A DNA stretch of 50,901 nucleotides, from contig CANPYB010000001.1 in the NCBI GenBank assembly GCA_947587605.1, positions 1 through 50,901 on the forward strand, given 5' to 3'. The stretch comes from Candidatus Gastranaerophilales bacterium (GTDB taxonomy: Bacteria > Cyanobacteriota > Vampirovibrionia > Gastranaerophilales > Gastranaerophilaceae). Position 1 is the stretch's first letter, and each line of letters opens with the position of its first letter. The notes under the pieces were generated by a model. It saw only the letters and a list, made by a program, of their open reading frames with translations, was not told the DNA's origin and did not search any database. A program made the translations under genes and the position numbers. Shown one piece after another: positions 17,956-28,765 of this stretch.

Positions 17956-18585
17956 ATGAAAAAAATTCGAAGAAAATTAATCAATACGTTATTTAAAAAT
18001 AATATATTATATACAAGGCTTTATGTTTTTTTTCTTTATTTGAGTAAAAAGGAACTGAATTTGAATTTATGCTCCGGAACTTTATATGAAAAGGGCTGGA
18101 TAAATATTGATGAAAACGGTTCAAATAAAGTTGACTTGATTATGAATATAGTTAATATAAATAAATTTTTTAAAAAAAATTCAATAAAGAATATAAAAAT
18201 TATTCATGGACTTTCATATCTTAGATTTCATGAGGCTATAGATTTTTTGCAGTCTTGTTATAATTTGCTGGAAATTAAGGGGGGGGGGAAAATTATCATA
18301 GAATTTCCCGAAGTGAAAAAACTTTCAAATAGCATTATTAATATAAATTCTTTGTATGATGAAAAAAATTATTATGATTACATTGAAGCACTTCGTGCTT
18401 TTTATGCTTTTGATTTAGACCAGCATAAGAAAAAAGTTAAATATACTACATATAGATTTGGCTGGTCTGCAATGCATATTAAGTATGAATTGGAAAAACT
18501 TTCATATAAAAATATTGAAATAAAAAATCCGGAATATCACGATAAGAGATTAAATCGTGATGTCAGAATTGAAGCTCGGAAATAA
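17956..18585 (+). CDS. class I SAM-dependent methyltransferase-like protein carrying an in-frame G10 tract
   Basis: LNLCSGTLYEKGWINID (motif I-like) and LLEIKGGGKIIIEFP (post-I/III-like). The GGG is encoded by the G10 tract. Confidence 0.6.
   Translation: MKKIRRKLINTLFKNNILYTRLYVFFLYLSKKELNLNLCSGTLYEKGWINIDENGSNKVDLIMNIVNINKFFKKNSIKNIKIIHGLSYLRFHEAIDFLQSCYNLLEIKGGGKIIIEFPEVKKLSNSIININSLYDEKNYYDYIEALRAFYAFDLDQHKKKVKYTTYRFGWSAMHIKYELEKLSYKNIEIKNPEYHDKRLNRDVRIEARK
18279..18288 (+). repeat. homopolymeric G10 tract (candidate phase-variation site, currently in frame)
   Basis: Counted directly: attaaGGGGGGGGGGaaaatt. Confidence 0.9.
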
Positions 18586-18650
18586 AATGTACGGCAATTC
18601 TTTATAAAAATAGCCGATAATATTTAAATTTATGCGGATAGGATAAAACT

Positions 18651-19577
18651 ATGTTAAAAGATAAAAAAATAAATTTTATAACATCAACAGATGAAAATAC
18701 AGGTTCAACAAGAATTAGAGTATATGACTTAGTAAGAGAGTTAAAAAAAAGGGGCTATAATGTAACAATTAATGATAGTTCAAAAAAATCTGAAATCGTA
18801 GTATTTCAAAAAAGTAATTATAAATATTTAAGAAAACGTTTTTTTAAACTTTTGTTTAGTAATAAATTTTTAATATTTGATATTGATGATTTGTTTTTTG
18901 ATAAAATATTAAATCTTGTTAAATATTCGGATTTTGTTATTACAAGCTGTGAATATATGAGGGAACAATATTTAACATTTAATAAAAATATAGGAGTTCT
19001 GGGGGAAACACCTGATGTAATTGCGGAGGATATACCACTGCGAAATCCTATTGCAAATTTAAAGGAATGTAAGATAGGATGCTTTGGTACATCGTATAAT
19101 ATAACTTTGATAAAAAAATTCAATATAAAAGATGTTAAAATAATCACTCGAGGCGGGGATATTGAGTGGAGCAGAGAAACAGTTGATTATGATATCCAAA
19201 AATTTGATTTAATTGTAATTCCTCAAGAAAAAACTCCCGAAGGATTAGCAAAAGATAACTGCAGAATGTTAAAAACTCTTTATCTTGGTGTTCCTGCATT
19301 GGTTAGTGATATTCCGGAATACGTTAAACTTGCGGAGCTTGTAAATTATCCAAAAGAATTTATTGTACATGATGGTGAAGACTGGAACGAAAAAATTGAA
19401 AAAATAAAATCCGGTGAAATCAAGTTTGATTTTGATTTTGAAAAATGCAGAGAAATATTATACAAAAATTACAGTACAAAGGTAAGGACTGATATGTGGC
19501 TGGAAATTGTTTCAAGACATTATACTCAGCATAATCTAAAAAGACATTTGAAAAAGTTGTTCTTTCATTTGTTTTAG
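18651..19577 (+). CDS. putative glycosyltransferase (GT-B-like), weak call
   Basis: 308 aa. The C-terminal segment LGVPALVSDIPEYVKL resembles the GT4 donor-binding region. Last gene before the right repeat. Confidence 0.4.
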   Translation: MLKDKKINFITSTDENTGSTRIRVYDLVRELKKRGYNVTINDSSKKSEIVVFQKSNYKYLRKRFFKLLFSNKFLIFDIDDLFFDKILNLVKYSDFVITSCEYMREQYLTFNKNIGVLGETPDVIAEDIPLRNPIANLKECKIGCFGTSYNITLIKKFNIKDVKIITRGGDIEWSRETVDYDIQKFDLIVIPQEKTPEGLAKDNCRMLKTLYLGVPALVSDIPEYVKLAELVNYPKEFIVHDGEDWNEKIEKIKSGEIKFDFDFEKCREILYKNYSTKVRTDMWLEIVSRHYTQHNLKRHLKKLFFHLF

Positions 19578-19613
19578 TTTGTGCTTTTAATCAAAGTTAT
19601 TTAAAAATATTTA

Positions 19614-19663
19614 TAAATTATTTAATTAAAATACAGCAAAAGCCTAAAATCATAATTGCGCTT
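19614..19663. repeat. right island direct repeat (attR-like), overlapping the EamA gene 3' end
   Basis: taaattatttaattaaaatacagcaaAagcctaaaatcataattgcgctt, 49/50 identical to 10088-10137. Confidence 0.75.
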
Positions 19664-20472
19664 CCAATCAGTTTTTTTATAAGGTTTTGTTCGTGGAAGA
19701 TTTTATATCCGAATATAACCGTAACAACAGAGGAAAGCTGAAACAGTGCTAATGCGCAGCCGACATTTATATACTTGAATACATAATTTGTTGAATATTG
19801 CATTATTCCAAGGCATATTGCAATCAATACGCACTCTGCCAAATCTTTATATGCGTCAAGTTTATATTTCTTTCTTGTAATGCAGATAAAAATAATTGTC
19901 CAAAATAAGCCGACGAAACACCATAATATAAAGCAAATCTTAACGGAAGAAAGTATTATTATTTTTTTTAACAAAGCTGCTTCCGTTCCCGTTAACAATA
20001 GTGCTAAAAGTCTGTATTGAATATCTTTTCGTTTAAACAGTTTTAAGGAAAATCCCTCATCGCAGTTTTCAAATACAAATTTACTTCCCCAAACAATAAG
20101 TGCCATTCCGATAAATCCTAAAAAAGAGGGGATTTCTTTTAATAAAAAGAGCGAAGCCAAAAATCCTATTACGCATTTATATGAGTTTATAGGCCCCATT
20201 ACGGATAATTCGCCTATGCTAACTGCTTTTATGGCGCATAATGTTCCGAGTGAACATAATAATCCCGCTGTAAATACGGTCAGCCAAAAGGATATATTGT
20301 AATTTTCGAATGTAACTCCCTTTAATAAGGGCAAAGATATTATGCTTAAAAAAAGGTAGCTGTATAAATTTATTGTTAATGAAGAATTATCGTTTGACAG
20401 TTTTTTTTGAAATACGTTTGCAATCGGGTTAGACAGTATTCTTAATATTACAAATGATATTAATTTGAGCAT
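19618..20472 (-). CDS. EamA/DMT-family transporter
   Basis: 284 aa with about 10 TM segments in two similar halves. Confidence 0.75.
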   Translation of the reverse strand: MLKLISFVILRILSNPIANVFQKKLSNDNSSLTINLYSYLFLSIISLPLLKGVTFENYNISFWLTVFTAGLLCSLGTLCAIKAVSIGELSVMGPINSYKCVIGFLASLFLLKEIPSFLGFIGMALIVWGSKFVFENCDEGFSLKLFKRKDIQYRLLALLLTGTEAALLKKIIILSSVKICFILWCFVGLFWTIIFICITRKKYKLDAYKDLAECVLIAICLGIMQYSTNYVFKYINVGCALALFQLSSVVTVIFGYKIFHEQNLIKKLIGSAIMILGFCCILIK

Positions 20473-20477
20473 TATAA

Positions 20478-21467
20478 TTAACTCTTATTTTTCTTAGAAA
20501 GTATAAAATCAACCTGGTTGCAGTGCTGAACGTTTAAGTTTGCTTCTTTTGATAATTGGTTAAAGAATAAAATTAAATCAAAATACTTTTGCGGGATTGC
20601 TTCATAGTTATCAATATTATATTTTTCGTAGTCTATATCAATTCTGACATTTTTTATACCCAAATCTTTAGCTAAGTTAATGAATTTTTTAATTTCCTCA
20701 TTATTATCATTAATATCATCAACAATAATGTATTTTAATATAATATTATTTTTTGCGTTTTCGCAGGCATTTATGTATGATTTTAAGTTATTAACAAGTT
20801 CATCAAAACAGTCTACCTGTTTGATTTTTTTATAAGTTTCTCTGTCTGCGCAGTCAGGAGAAATAATAAGCATACATCTGTCAGCCTTAAATGCGGATTC
20901 AATTGATTTACAGTATTTAATCCCCGAGGTCAGAATTTCAATTTTTGAGTCAAGATAGTTAATAAGCAGGTATAGTAACTCCTCAAACTCTGGATTAATG
21001 GTAATTTCGCCTCCGCTCATATATATGGAAGCGTGTTTTGATAAAATTTTATTATCAATTAAAGATTTAACCGCAGGCATGACTTTATAGTTAAAACCTT
21101 TACTGAGTTCTCGATAGCAGCAATAAATACACTTTGCATTGCAAGACATACTGTGATGAAAATATACGGTATCAATAATATTTTCAAATTTTTTAACTTT
21201 ATTTTTTGATTTATATAAATTTAGCTCGCTGCAATTTTTACAGCACTCGGGAATAGTTTTTTTATTCCAAAAGGAGTTTATATCATTTATATACTTTTTT
21301 CTGACATCATAAATATAATTCCAATCAATTGTACCGCCCGAGTAATTCGGGTAAAAAACTGGGCCTTGAGCATTGGTGCAGCAGGCTTTTATTGAGTCAT
21401 GAAAGAAATGAAGCGAATGCTTCATAAAATGGCAGTCTAAATATTCATCTTTTGTAAAAAAAGCCAT
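20478..21467 (-). CDS. radical SAM protein with Cys-rich N-terminal extension
   Basis: CNAKCIYC (CxxxCxxC) at about residue 108 and the GGE motif SGGEITINPEF. Upstream cysteines lie in KACCTN and ECCKNC. Confidence 0.7.
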   Translation of the reverse strand: MAFFTKDEYLDCHFMKHSLHFFHDSIKACCTNAQGPVFYPNYSGGTIDWNYIYDVRKKYINDINSFWNKKTIPECCKNCSELNLYKSKNKVKKFENIIDTVYFHHSMSCNAKCIYCCYRELSKGFNYKVMPAVKSLIDNKILSKHASIYMSGGEITINPEFEELLYLLINYLDSKIEILTSGIKYCKSIESAFKADRCMLIISPDCADRETYKKIKQVDCFDELVNNLKSYINACENAKNNIILKYIIVDDINDNNEEIKKFINLAKDLGIKNVRIDIDYEKYNIDNYEAIPQKYFDLILFFNQLSKEANLNVQHCNQVDFILSKKNKS

Positions 21468-22834
21468 TAAGCCAGCACCTTTATTTTTTTTCTGTCTTTA
21501 AGGAACTCCAAATGTTCTTTTTTAATAACTTCTCCGGGCAGAAGAACGGGTATTCCGGGCGGATAATTTGTTATGACTTCCATTGCAACGCGTGATACGG
21601 AATATTTAAGCTCCACTTCGCGGTATGGTTTATTCCATACAAGTGCGGGGGTATATTTAACTCTTGGCTCAACGGTATACATCAAGTTGGTATCTTCTTG
21701 GGCTTCGGTAATTTTTATATTATTTGAGCATATTTCGGTAAGTGCTTTTTCAAGTTTTTTTAATTTGCTTTTTGTTGTGCCTAACCCGGTTAAAAACAGT
21801 ACGGATTTCTCATTTGCAAGTTCATCTTCTATATTATATTTTTCAAATAAAATGTCAGATAATTCAAATCCTGATATGTTTGTAAGTTTAACAAGAATTT
21901 TAGTTACATCATTGTTATAGGAATATACTTCCAAATTAGGAATATCACGCAAGGTTCTGACAAGTCTGTTAACATTTTTTACCAATTCGGTAATTTTACT
22001 TCTGCCCTTTTCGGAATTCAAATAATTAATTGTCCCCTCAATATTCATTAATAACGGATATGACGGAGATGTAGTTGTTATAAGATTAAGCGACTCTTGA
22101 ATTTGTTTTGGATTTATATCCGAGTCGTTTCCGATAAGCAAAATTGCAGACGGATTAAGCGCGCCTGCAGTTTTATGCAGAGATTGAACAACAATATCCG
22201 CGCCCTCAAGAATTGCGGGAACTCCAAGTGATCTATGAAAATTCCATAAAGCTCCATGAGCTTCGTCTACGAGTAATTTTACATTATATCTTTTACATAC
22301 GCTTGCAACTCTGTTTACATCAGAAATTACTCCCTCGTAAGTAGGGTTAGTCATAATAAATAATTTAATATCTTTGTTTTTTCTGAGCATCTCGTCGAGA
22401 TAATCAATATTAACAGGGTCGTAAATTCCCCAATCTTTGTTATAGTATGGCATAAACCATACGGGAACCGCTCCTGTAATAACCAGTCCGTTATAAACGG
22501 ATTTATGACAGTTTCTGCTTATAAGAACTTTATCATTACGATTTAAAATGGCATTCATGGCGGCAACAATACCTGAAGTTGAGCCGTTAGTAAGGAAAAA
22601 TGTTGATTTTGCATTATATATTTTTGCGGCATTGTCTTGTGCAACTTTAATAATGCCAATCGGGTTAGAAAGATTATCAAACCCCTCAGCTTCCGAATAA
22701 TCGCATGAAAAGAACTTACGTCCGAGCAAAGAAGCAATTTCGGGCGTGGCGCCTGCTCCTTGAGAATGTGACGGCGTAGTAAAAAGTGTTCTGTTTATTT
22801 TCTTAAATTTTTTAACAAATTTTATAATAGACAT
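21467..22834 (-). CDS. Orn/Lys/Arg decarboxylase family (fold type I PLP) enzyme
   Basis: 455 aa. VDEAHGA and SLHKTAGALNPSA (PLP lysine) match the OKR_DC_1 pattern. Confidence 0.8.
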   Translation of the reverse strand: MSIIKFVKKFKKINRTLFTTPSHSQGAGATPEIASLLGRKFFSCDYSEAEGFDNLSNPIGIIKVAQDNAAKIYNAKSTFFLTNGSTSGIVAAMNAILNRNDKVLISRNCHKSVYNGLVITGAVPVWFMPYYNKDWGIYDPVNIDYLDEMLRKNKDIKLFIMTNPTYEGVISDVNRVASVCKRYNVKLLVDEAHGALWNFHRSLGVPAILEGADIVVQSLHKTAGALNPSAILLIGNDSDINPKQIQESLNLITTTSPSYPLLMNIEGTINYLNSEKGRSKITELVKNVNRLVRTLRDIPNLEVYSYNNDVTKILVKLTNISGFELSDILFEKYNIEDELANEKSVLFLTGLGTTKSKLKKLEKALTEICSNNIKITEAQEDTNLMYTVEPRVKYTPALVWNKPYREVELKYSVSRVAMEVITNYPPGIPVLLPGEVIKKEHLEFLKDRKKIKVLA

Positions 22835-22855
22835 ATTATTTTTATTATAAAATGA

Positions 22856-24895
<2,040 letters not shown>

Positions 24896-24900
24896 CTTAT

Positions 24901-25329
24901 ATGAATAAAAATTATAAAATAATAACCATAAACGGAGTACGCGGTATAATAACTGCCGTTTTTGTAGTGCTTGGTCTTATTGCGGGATTTGTTATATCTC
25001 CGGGCTGGGTATGCATGAAGTTATGGAATTTTGGATTTCAGCAATCCGATTATGTTTCCGTTATAAATATATATCAGGGAATTGTTTTATGGGCAATAAT
25101 TGCACTTTCATTATATGCTTTGAATAACAGACGTCCGTTAATCGGTTTCGGAGTTAGTCAAGGTCTGTCAAGAGAGCAAATAAAAGATATTCTCGAACGC
25201 GCAAAAAATTCTCAATTAAATCAATTCAAAGAATTTGAAATTATGAGTAAAAAAATTGAAGATTCGGATAGTGAAGTAAAAACACCCGAAGTTGATGAAT
25301 TAAATGAAAAAAAAGAAATGAGAAATTAA
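24901..25329 (+). CDS. hypothetical membrane protein with acidic C-terminal tail
   Basis: 142 aa with two TM segments. No recognisable family. Confidence 0.45.
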   Translation: MNKNYKIITINGVRGIITAVFVVLGLIAGFVISPGWVCMKLWNFGFQQSDYVSVINIYQGIVLWAIIALSLYALNNRRPLIGFGVSQGLSREQIKDILERAKNSQLNQFKEFEIMSKKIEDSDSEVKTPEVDELNEKKEMRN

Positions 25330-25330
25330 T

Positions 25331-26071
25331 ATGAATAAAAAATTAATATCTGCGGTTTTGTTTGGAATTTTGATATTAACAGGTGTCTGCGTTAATGCTT
25401 CTGATACGGGAATAAAAAAAGAAGCAGGCTTTATATCATTAAATGCTTCTAAGACAAAGGAAATAGAGCCTAATATAGCAAGAGTCACATTCGCCGTAGA
25501 GAATACGGCAGAAACCGCACAAAAAGCTGCTTCTGCAAATAATGAAATATCATCAAAGATAATAAACGCTTTAAAAGAATTAACAACAGAACAAACAGAT
25601 GTAATTAAAACAAATAATTTTTCGGTTCGTCCCGTATATACAACAACATCAAGCGGTAAAAGAACAATAAAAAATTACAGTGCGGTAAATTCCGTTGTCG
25701 TAGAAACAAAAGATACAACAAAAATAGCAAAGTTAATTGATACGGCTATAGCAAACGGTGCAAACAGGACTGAGGGACTTTATTATTCGTACGAAAACGA
25801 TGAAAGTTTATGTAATGCAATGTATCCCGAATTGTTAAAGGAATTAAAAGCACAGGCGGATTCAATAGCAAAAGCTGCGGGAAGTTCCGTTGAGGGAATA
25901 AAACATATAAATGCGTCTTGCTCTACAGATATGGCAGTATCTAACGGCAGATTTTATGCAAAGGCAATGCTTGCCGACGGCGCTGTTGAAACGGCAGAAG
26001 TTTCTACTCCCGTTGAAGCAGGAAAAGTAAAGATAAGAGTATACGTTAACGCGGATTTCTATTTAAAGTAA
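25331..26071 (+). CDS. SIMPL-domain (DUF541) periplasmic protein
   Basis: Signal peptide followed by a family-like layout (EPNIARVTFAVENTAETAQKAASAN ... KIRVYVNADF). Confidence 0.7.
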   Translation: MNKKLISAVLFGILILTGVCVNASDTGIKKEAGFISLNASKTKEIEPNIARVTFAVENTAETAQKAASANNEISSKIINALKELTTEQTDVIKTNNFSVRPVYTTTSSGKRTIKNYSAVNSVVVETKDTTKIAKLIDTAIANGANRTEGLYYSYENDESLCNAMYPELLKELKAQADSIAKAAGSSVEGIKHINASCSTDMAVSNGRFYAKAMLADGAVETAEVSTPVEAGKVKIRVYVNADFYLK

Positions 26072-26719
26072 TGATATAACTCCCTCTGCCGCTAAAAGTG
26101 CAGATTGCTGGTTTTGTCCGGTTACAAGGTTGCAGTTGATTTCAACATGTTCGCTCCAAGGTTTATCAGCTATAAAAACGGCACCTTGTGATTTGATTTT
26201 ATCTTCAAGTGAAAAAGGCATAAATTCACGCATTTTTACAATTTGTTCTTCTTTATTTGTAAAAGCAGTAACTTGTTTATTTTTTAATATCGGATTTTCT
26301 TTGCAATCAAACGCATAAGTTAAACCGACAACTCCGTGGCAAACGGCAGCTATTATTTTGTCATATATATACATATATTCTACAACTGCTCTTAGATCAT
26401 CATTATGGGCAAGGTCAAATATCGGTCCGTGTCCGCCAGGTAAAAACAGTGCGTCAAAAGATTTATAATCAACATCGGATAATTTCGCCGTATTTTTAAG
26501 ATATTTTGCCGCATCATCCAACTCCATAGGATTAGAGCAGTTTAAACTGTTTTCATCAATCGGAGAAACACCTCCCTTTGGACTTGCAACTGTAACATCA
26601 TATCCTGTAGCTTTGAATGTCAGAAAAGGAACTGCAAATTCTTCAAGCCACACTCCTGTATGTATTTCTTCGTTAATATCGGAAAAATTAGTAGTTACCA
26701 TTAAAACTTTCTTTGCCAT
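26063..26719 (-). CDS. DJ-1/PfpI (type 1 glutamine amidotransferase-like) family protein
   Basis: FLPGGHGPIFDL and the nucleophile elbow IAAVCHG. Confidence 0.8.
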   Translation of the reverse strand: MAKKVLMVTTNFSDINEEIHTGVWLEEFAVPFLTFKATGYDVTVASPKGGVSPIDENSLNCSNPMELDDAAKYLKNTAKLSDVDYKSFDALFLPGGHGPIFDLAHNDDLRAVVEYMYIYDKIIAAVCHGVVGLTYAFDCKENPILKNKQVTAFTNKEEQIVKMREFMPFSLEDKIKSQGAVFIADKPWSEHVEINCNLVTGQNQQSALLAAEGVISLL

Positions 26720-26823
26720 ATTGACTCCTTTTTTGTTATAAAAGCAGAAAAATACACTTCAAACACTGTGCTAAACGATAAATCACTCAGGCAAAAAATT
26801 TTTTTTGAAGTTTTAAATGCTGT

Positions 26824-27657
26824 ATGAAAATAAATTTAATACAATTAAATAAATTTCAAACATTTGGTGCTAAAAATAAAAAAATCAGAGATGCTGATGA
26901 TATAATGCGCATATCCGTAAATGAATTCCCTCGGTTAAGCAGTACCTATATTGATACTTTTTATTTAAGCACACAAAATGAGCAGAAATCCCCGCTTCAT
27001 CATTTGGCAAAGTATATATCAAATAAAGTACATTCAAAAATAATGGCGCAAAGAGAGGTAATAAAAAAACGAACAAGTGCAAATTCTGCTGTGATGCCTT
27101 ATGCTCTCACTTTGGCAGGTGTTGAAAAAAACAAAACAGGAAATTGCGAGGAGGCTGCAATATGCGCACTTGCTGCATTAACTGCAAACGGCATATATAA
27201 TTCAAGACGAATGCTTTTATATCTTCAAACGGATTTTATAGATAAAAAAAGCGGTGAATGTGTATACAGCGGTCAATCTCCACTTGATCATTCATTTGTT
27301 ATAACAACAATGAGTGATTTAAAATTAGATGAAGCTAAAGATAAAGATATAGTAGTCGTTGACCCCTGGCTTGGTTTTACAGACAGTTTATCAAATGCAA
27401 AAGCAAGATTTAAGCAGATATATGATGTTACTAATTTAGATTATATTAACGAATATCAAAAATCTGCTTTTAAGTTGAAAATAACGGAGCAAACTCATAA
27501 AGTACCGAATTTGGCTGATTATGATATAAAACAAAAATTAATATTGGTAAATGCTGATAAATACAATGAAAACGATATGAAACAGCTGGGTAATTTTATG
27601 AAAGTGTATTATGACGGATTAGTTAAGAAGCCTCAAAATATTCCCGCCAGTATCTAA
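26824..27657 (+). CDS. hypothetical protein with possible Cys-His-Asp (papain/transglutaminase-like) triad
   Basis: KTGNCEEAAICALAAL ... LDHSFVI ... IVVVDPWLG, spaced as in transglutaminase-like cysteine peptidases. Inference only. Confidence 0.4.
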   Translation: MKINLIQLNKFQTFGAKNKKIRDADDIMRISVNEFPRLSSTYIDTFYLSTQNEQKSPLHHLAKYISNKVHSKIMAQREVIKKRTSANSAVMPYALTLAGVEKNKTGNCEEAAICALAALTANGIYNSRRMLLYLQTDFIDKKSGECVYSGQSPLDHSFVITTMSDLKLDEAKDKDIVVVDPWLGFTDSLSNAKARFKQIYDVTNLDYINEYQKSAFKLKITEQTHKVPNLADYDIKQKLILVNADKYNENDMKQLGNFMKVYYDGLVKKPQNIPASI

Positions 27658-28135
27658 CCAGATTTTCGGGGTATTTTTTAAGCTCAAACGATAAGAAATC
27701 CTTAGGACGATAAGGCCGCCTTAACAGTTTCATTCTGGCTTCTTTTGGCGTTCTGTCCGCTTTTTTTTGATTGCATTCTCTGCAGCAGGCAACAATGTTT
27801 TCCCATATATCAGGGCCTAATCTTGATTTCGGATAAACATGGTCAAGTGTTAATTCATCGGGATGAAACTTACCTCCGCAGTACTGGCAGACAAATTCAT
27901 CCCTTACCAATATGTTTTCCCTGCAAAAAGGCAATTCCTGATAAGGAATTGCCAAGTCATAAGTTAATTTAATTACTAAGGGTATTAATACATTTTCAAC
28001 CTTAATCATGGAATTAATATCATTAAGGTGTCTGGCATTAACAGCTTTCCCTTTCATTAAAAGTACAAGTGCACGCTTCCAGCTGCAAATGTTTATCGGT
28101 CTATTGTGGCTATCAAGTAACAGCACCTTATTCAT
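27623..28135 (-). CDS. HNH endonuclease family protein
   Basis: CQYCGGKF...LTLDHVYPKS...ACCRECNQKKADRTP. Confidence 0.8.
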   Translation of the reverse strand: MNKVLLLDSHNRPINICSWKRALVLLMKGKAVNARHLNDINSMIKVENVLIPLVIKLTYDLAIPYQELPFCRENILVRDEFVCQYCGGKFHPDELTLDHVYPKSRLGPDIWENIVACCRECNQKKADRTPKEARMKLLRRPYRPKDFLSFELKKYPENLVRYWREYFEAS

Positions 28136-28213
28136 ATTAACTCCTACAATTGTAGTATTCCCGTTTTTAAGTAATATTAAACATTTTGGGAATTTTTATG
28201 TGATAATAAAAGT

Positions 28214-28765
28214 ATGAAAAAAATATCATTATGGGAAATATATAAAGTATTTTTTATAATAGGAATACAGCTTTTAGGCGGGGGTTATGTAATATTGCCT
28301 TTGCTGCGAAAATATATAGTCGAAAACAGAAATTGGCTTAGCGAGGAAGAACTTGTGGATTATTTTGCCCTAAGTCAGTGTACTCCCGGTATAATTGCAG
28401 GTAATATTTCAATGTTTGCCGGTTATAAAGCACGCGGAACAATCGGTGCACTCACTGCTATTATTGGGATAATAACTCCGTCATTCTTTGCCATTATACT
28501 TTTAGCAAATATATTAAACGGGGCTGTTGATAATCAATTGGTAAAAGATGCCTTTTGGGGAATTAGAATTTCCGTTATTATTTTAGTAATTGTAACTGTT
28601 AAAGATATGTGGGCAAAGAGTGTATATTCCATATTTACGTATATATTATTTTTTACTGTATTGACAGTATTATTAATATTCCCTATTTCACCCGCAATAG
28701 TAATATTACTTTCGGCAATAGCTGCAATTTTGCACTCAAAAATAATGGGAGGCAAAAATGCTTAA
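28214..28765 (+). CDS. chromate transporter (CHR) family protein, half-size subunit 1
   Basis: FFIIGIQLLGGGYVILPLL and QCTPGIIAGN motifs. Paired with the next gene. Confidence 0.8.
   Translation: MKKISLWEIYKVFFIIGIQLLGGGYVILPLLRKYIVENRNWLSEEELVDYFALSQCTPGIIAGNISMFAGYKARGTIGALTAIIGIITPSFFAIILLANILNGAVDNQLVKDAFWGIRISVIILVIVTVKDMWAKSVYSIFTYILFFTVLTVLLIFPISPAIVILLSAIAAILHSKIMGGKNA

Larger units (their letters stand above)
10088..19663. mobile_element. integrated ~9.5-kb island: tyrosine recombinase plus glycan-modification genes, bounded by 50-bp direct repeats
   Basis: 49/50-identical direct repeats at both ends. The right copy is the 3' end of the intact EamA gene, the left copy an orphan duplicate. 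The recombinase gene lies next to the left end. Confidence 0.6.
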
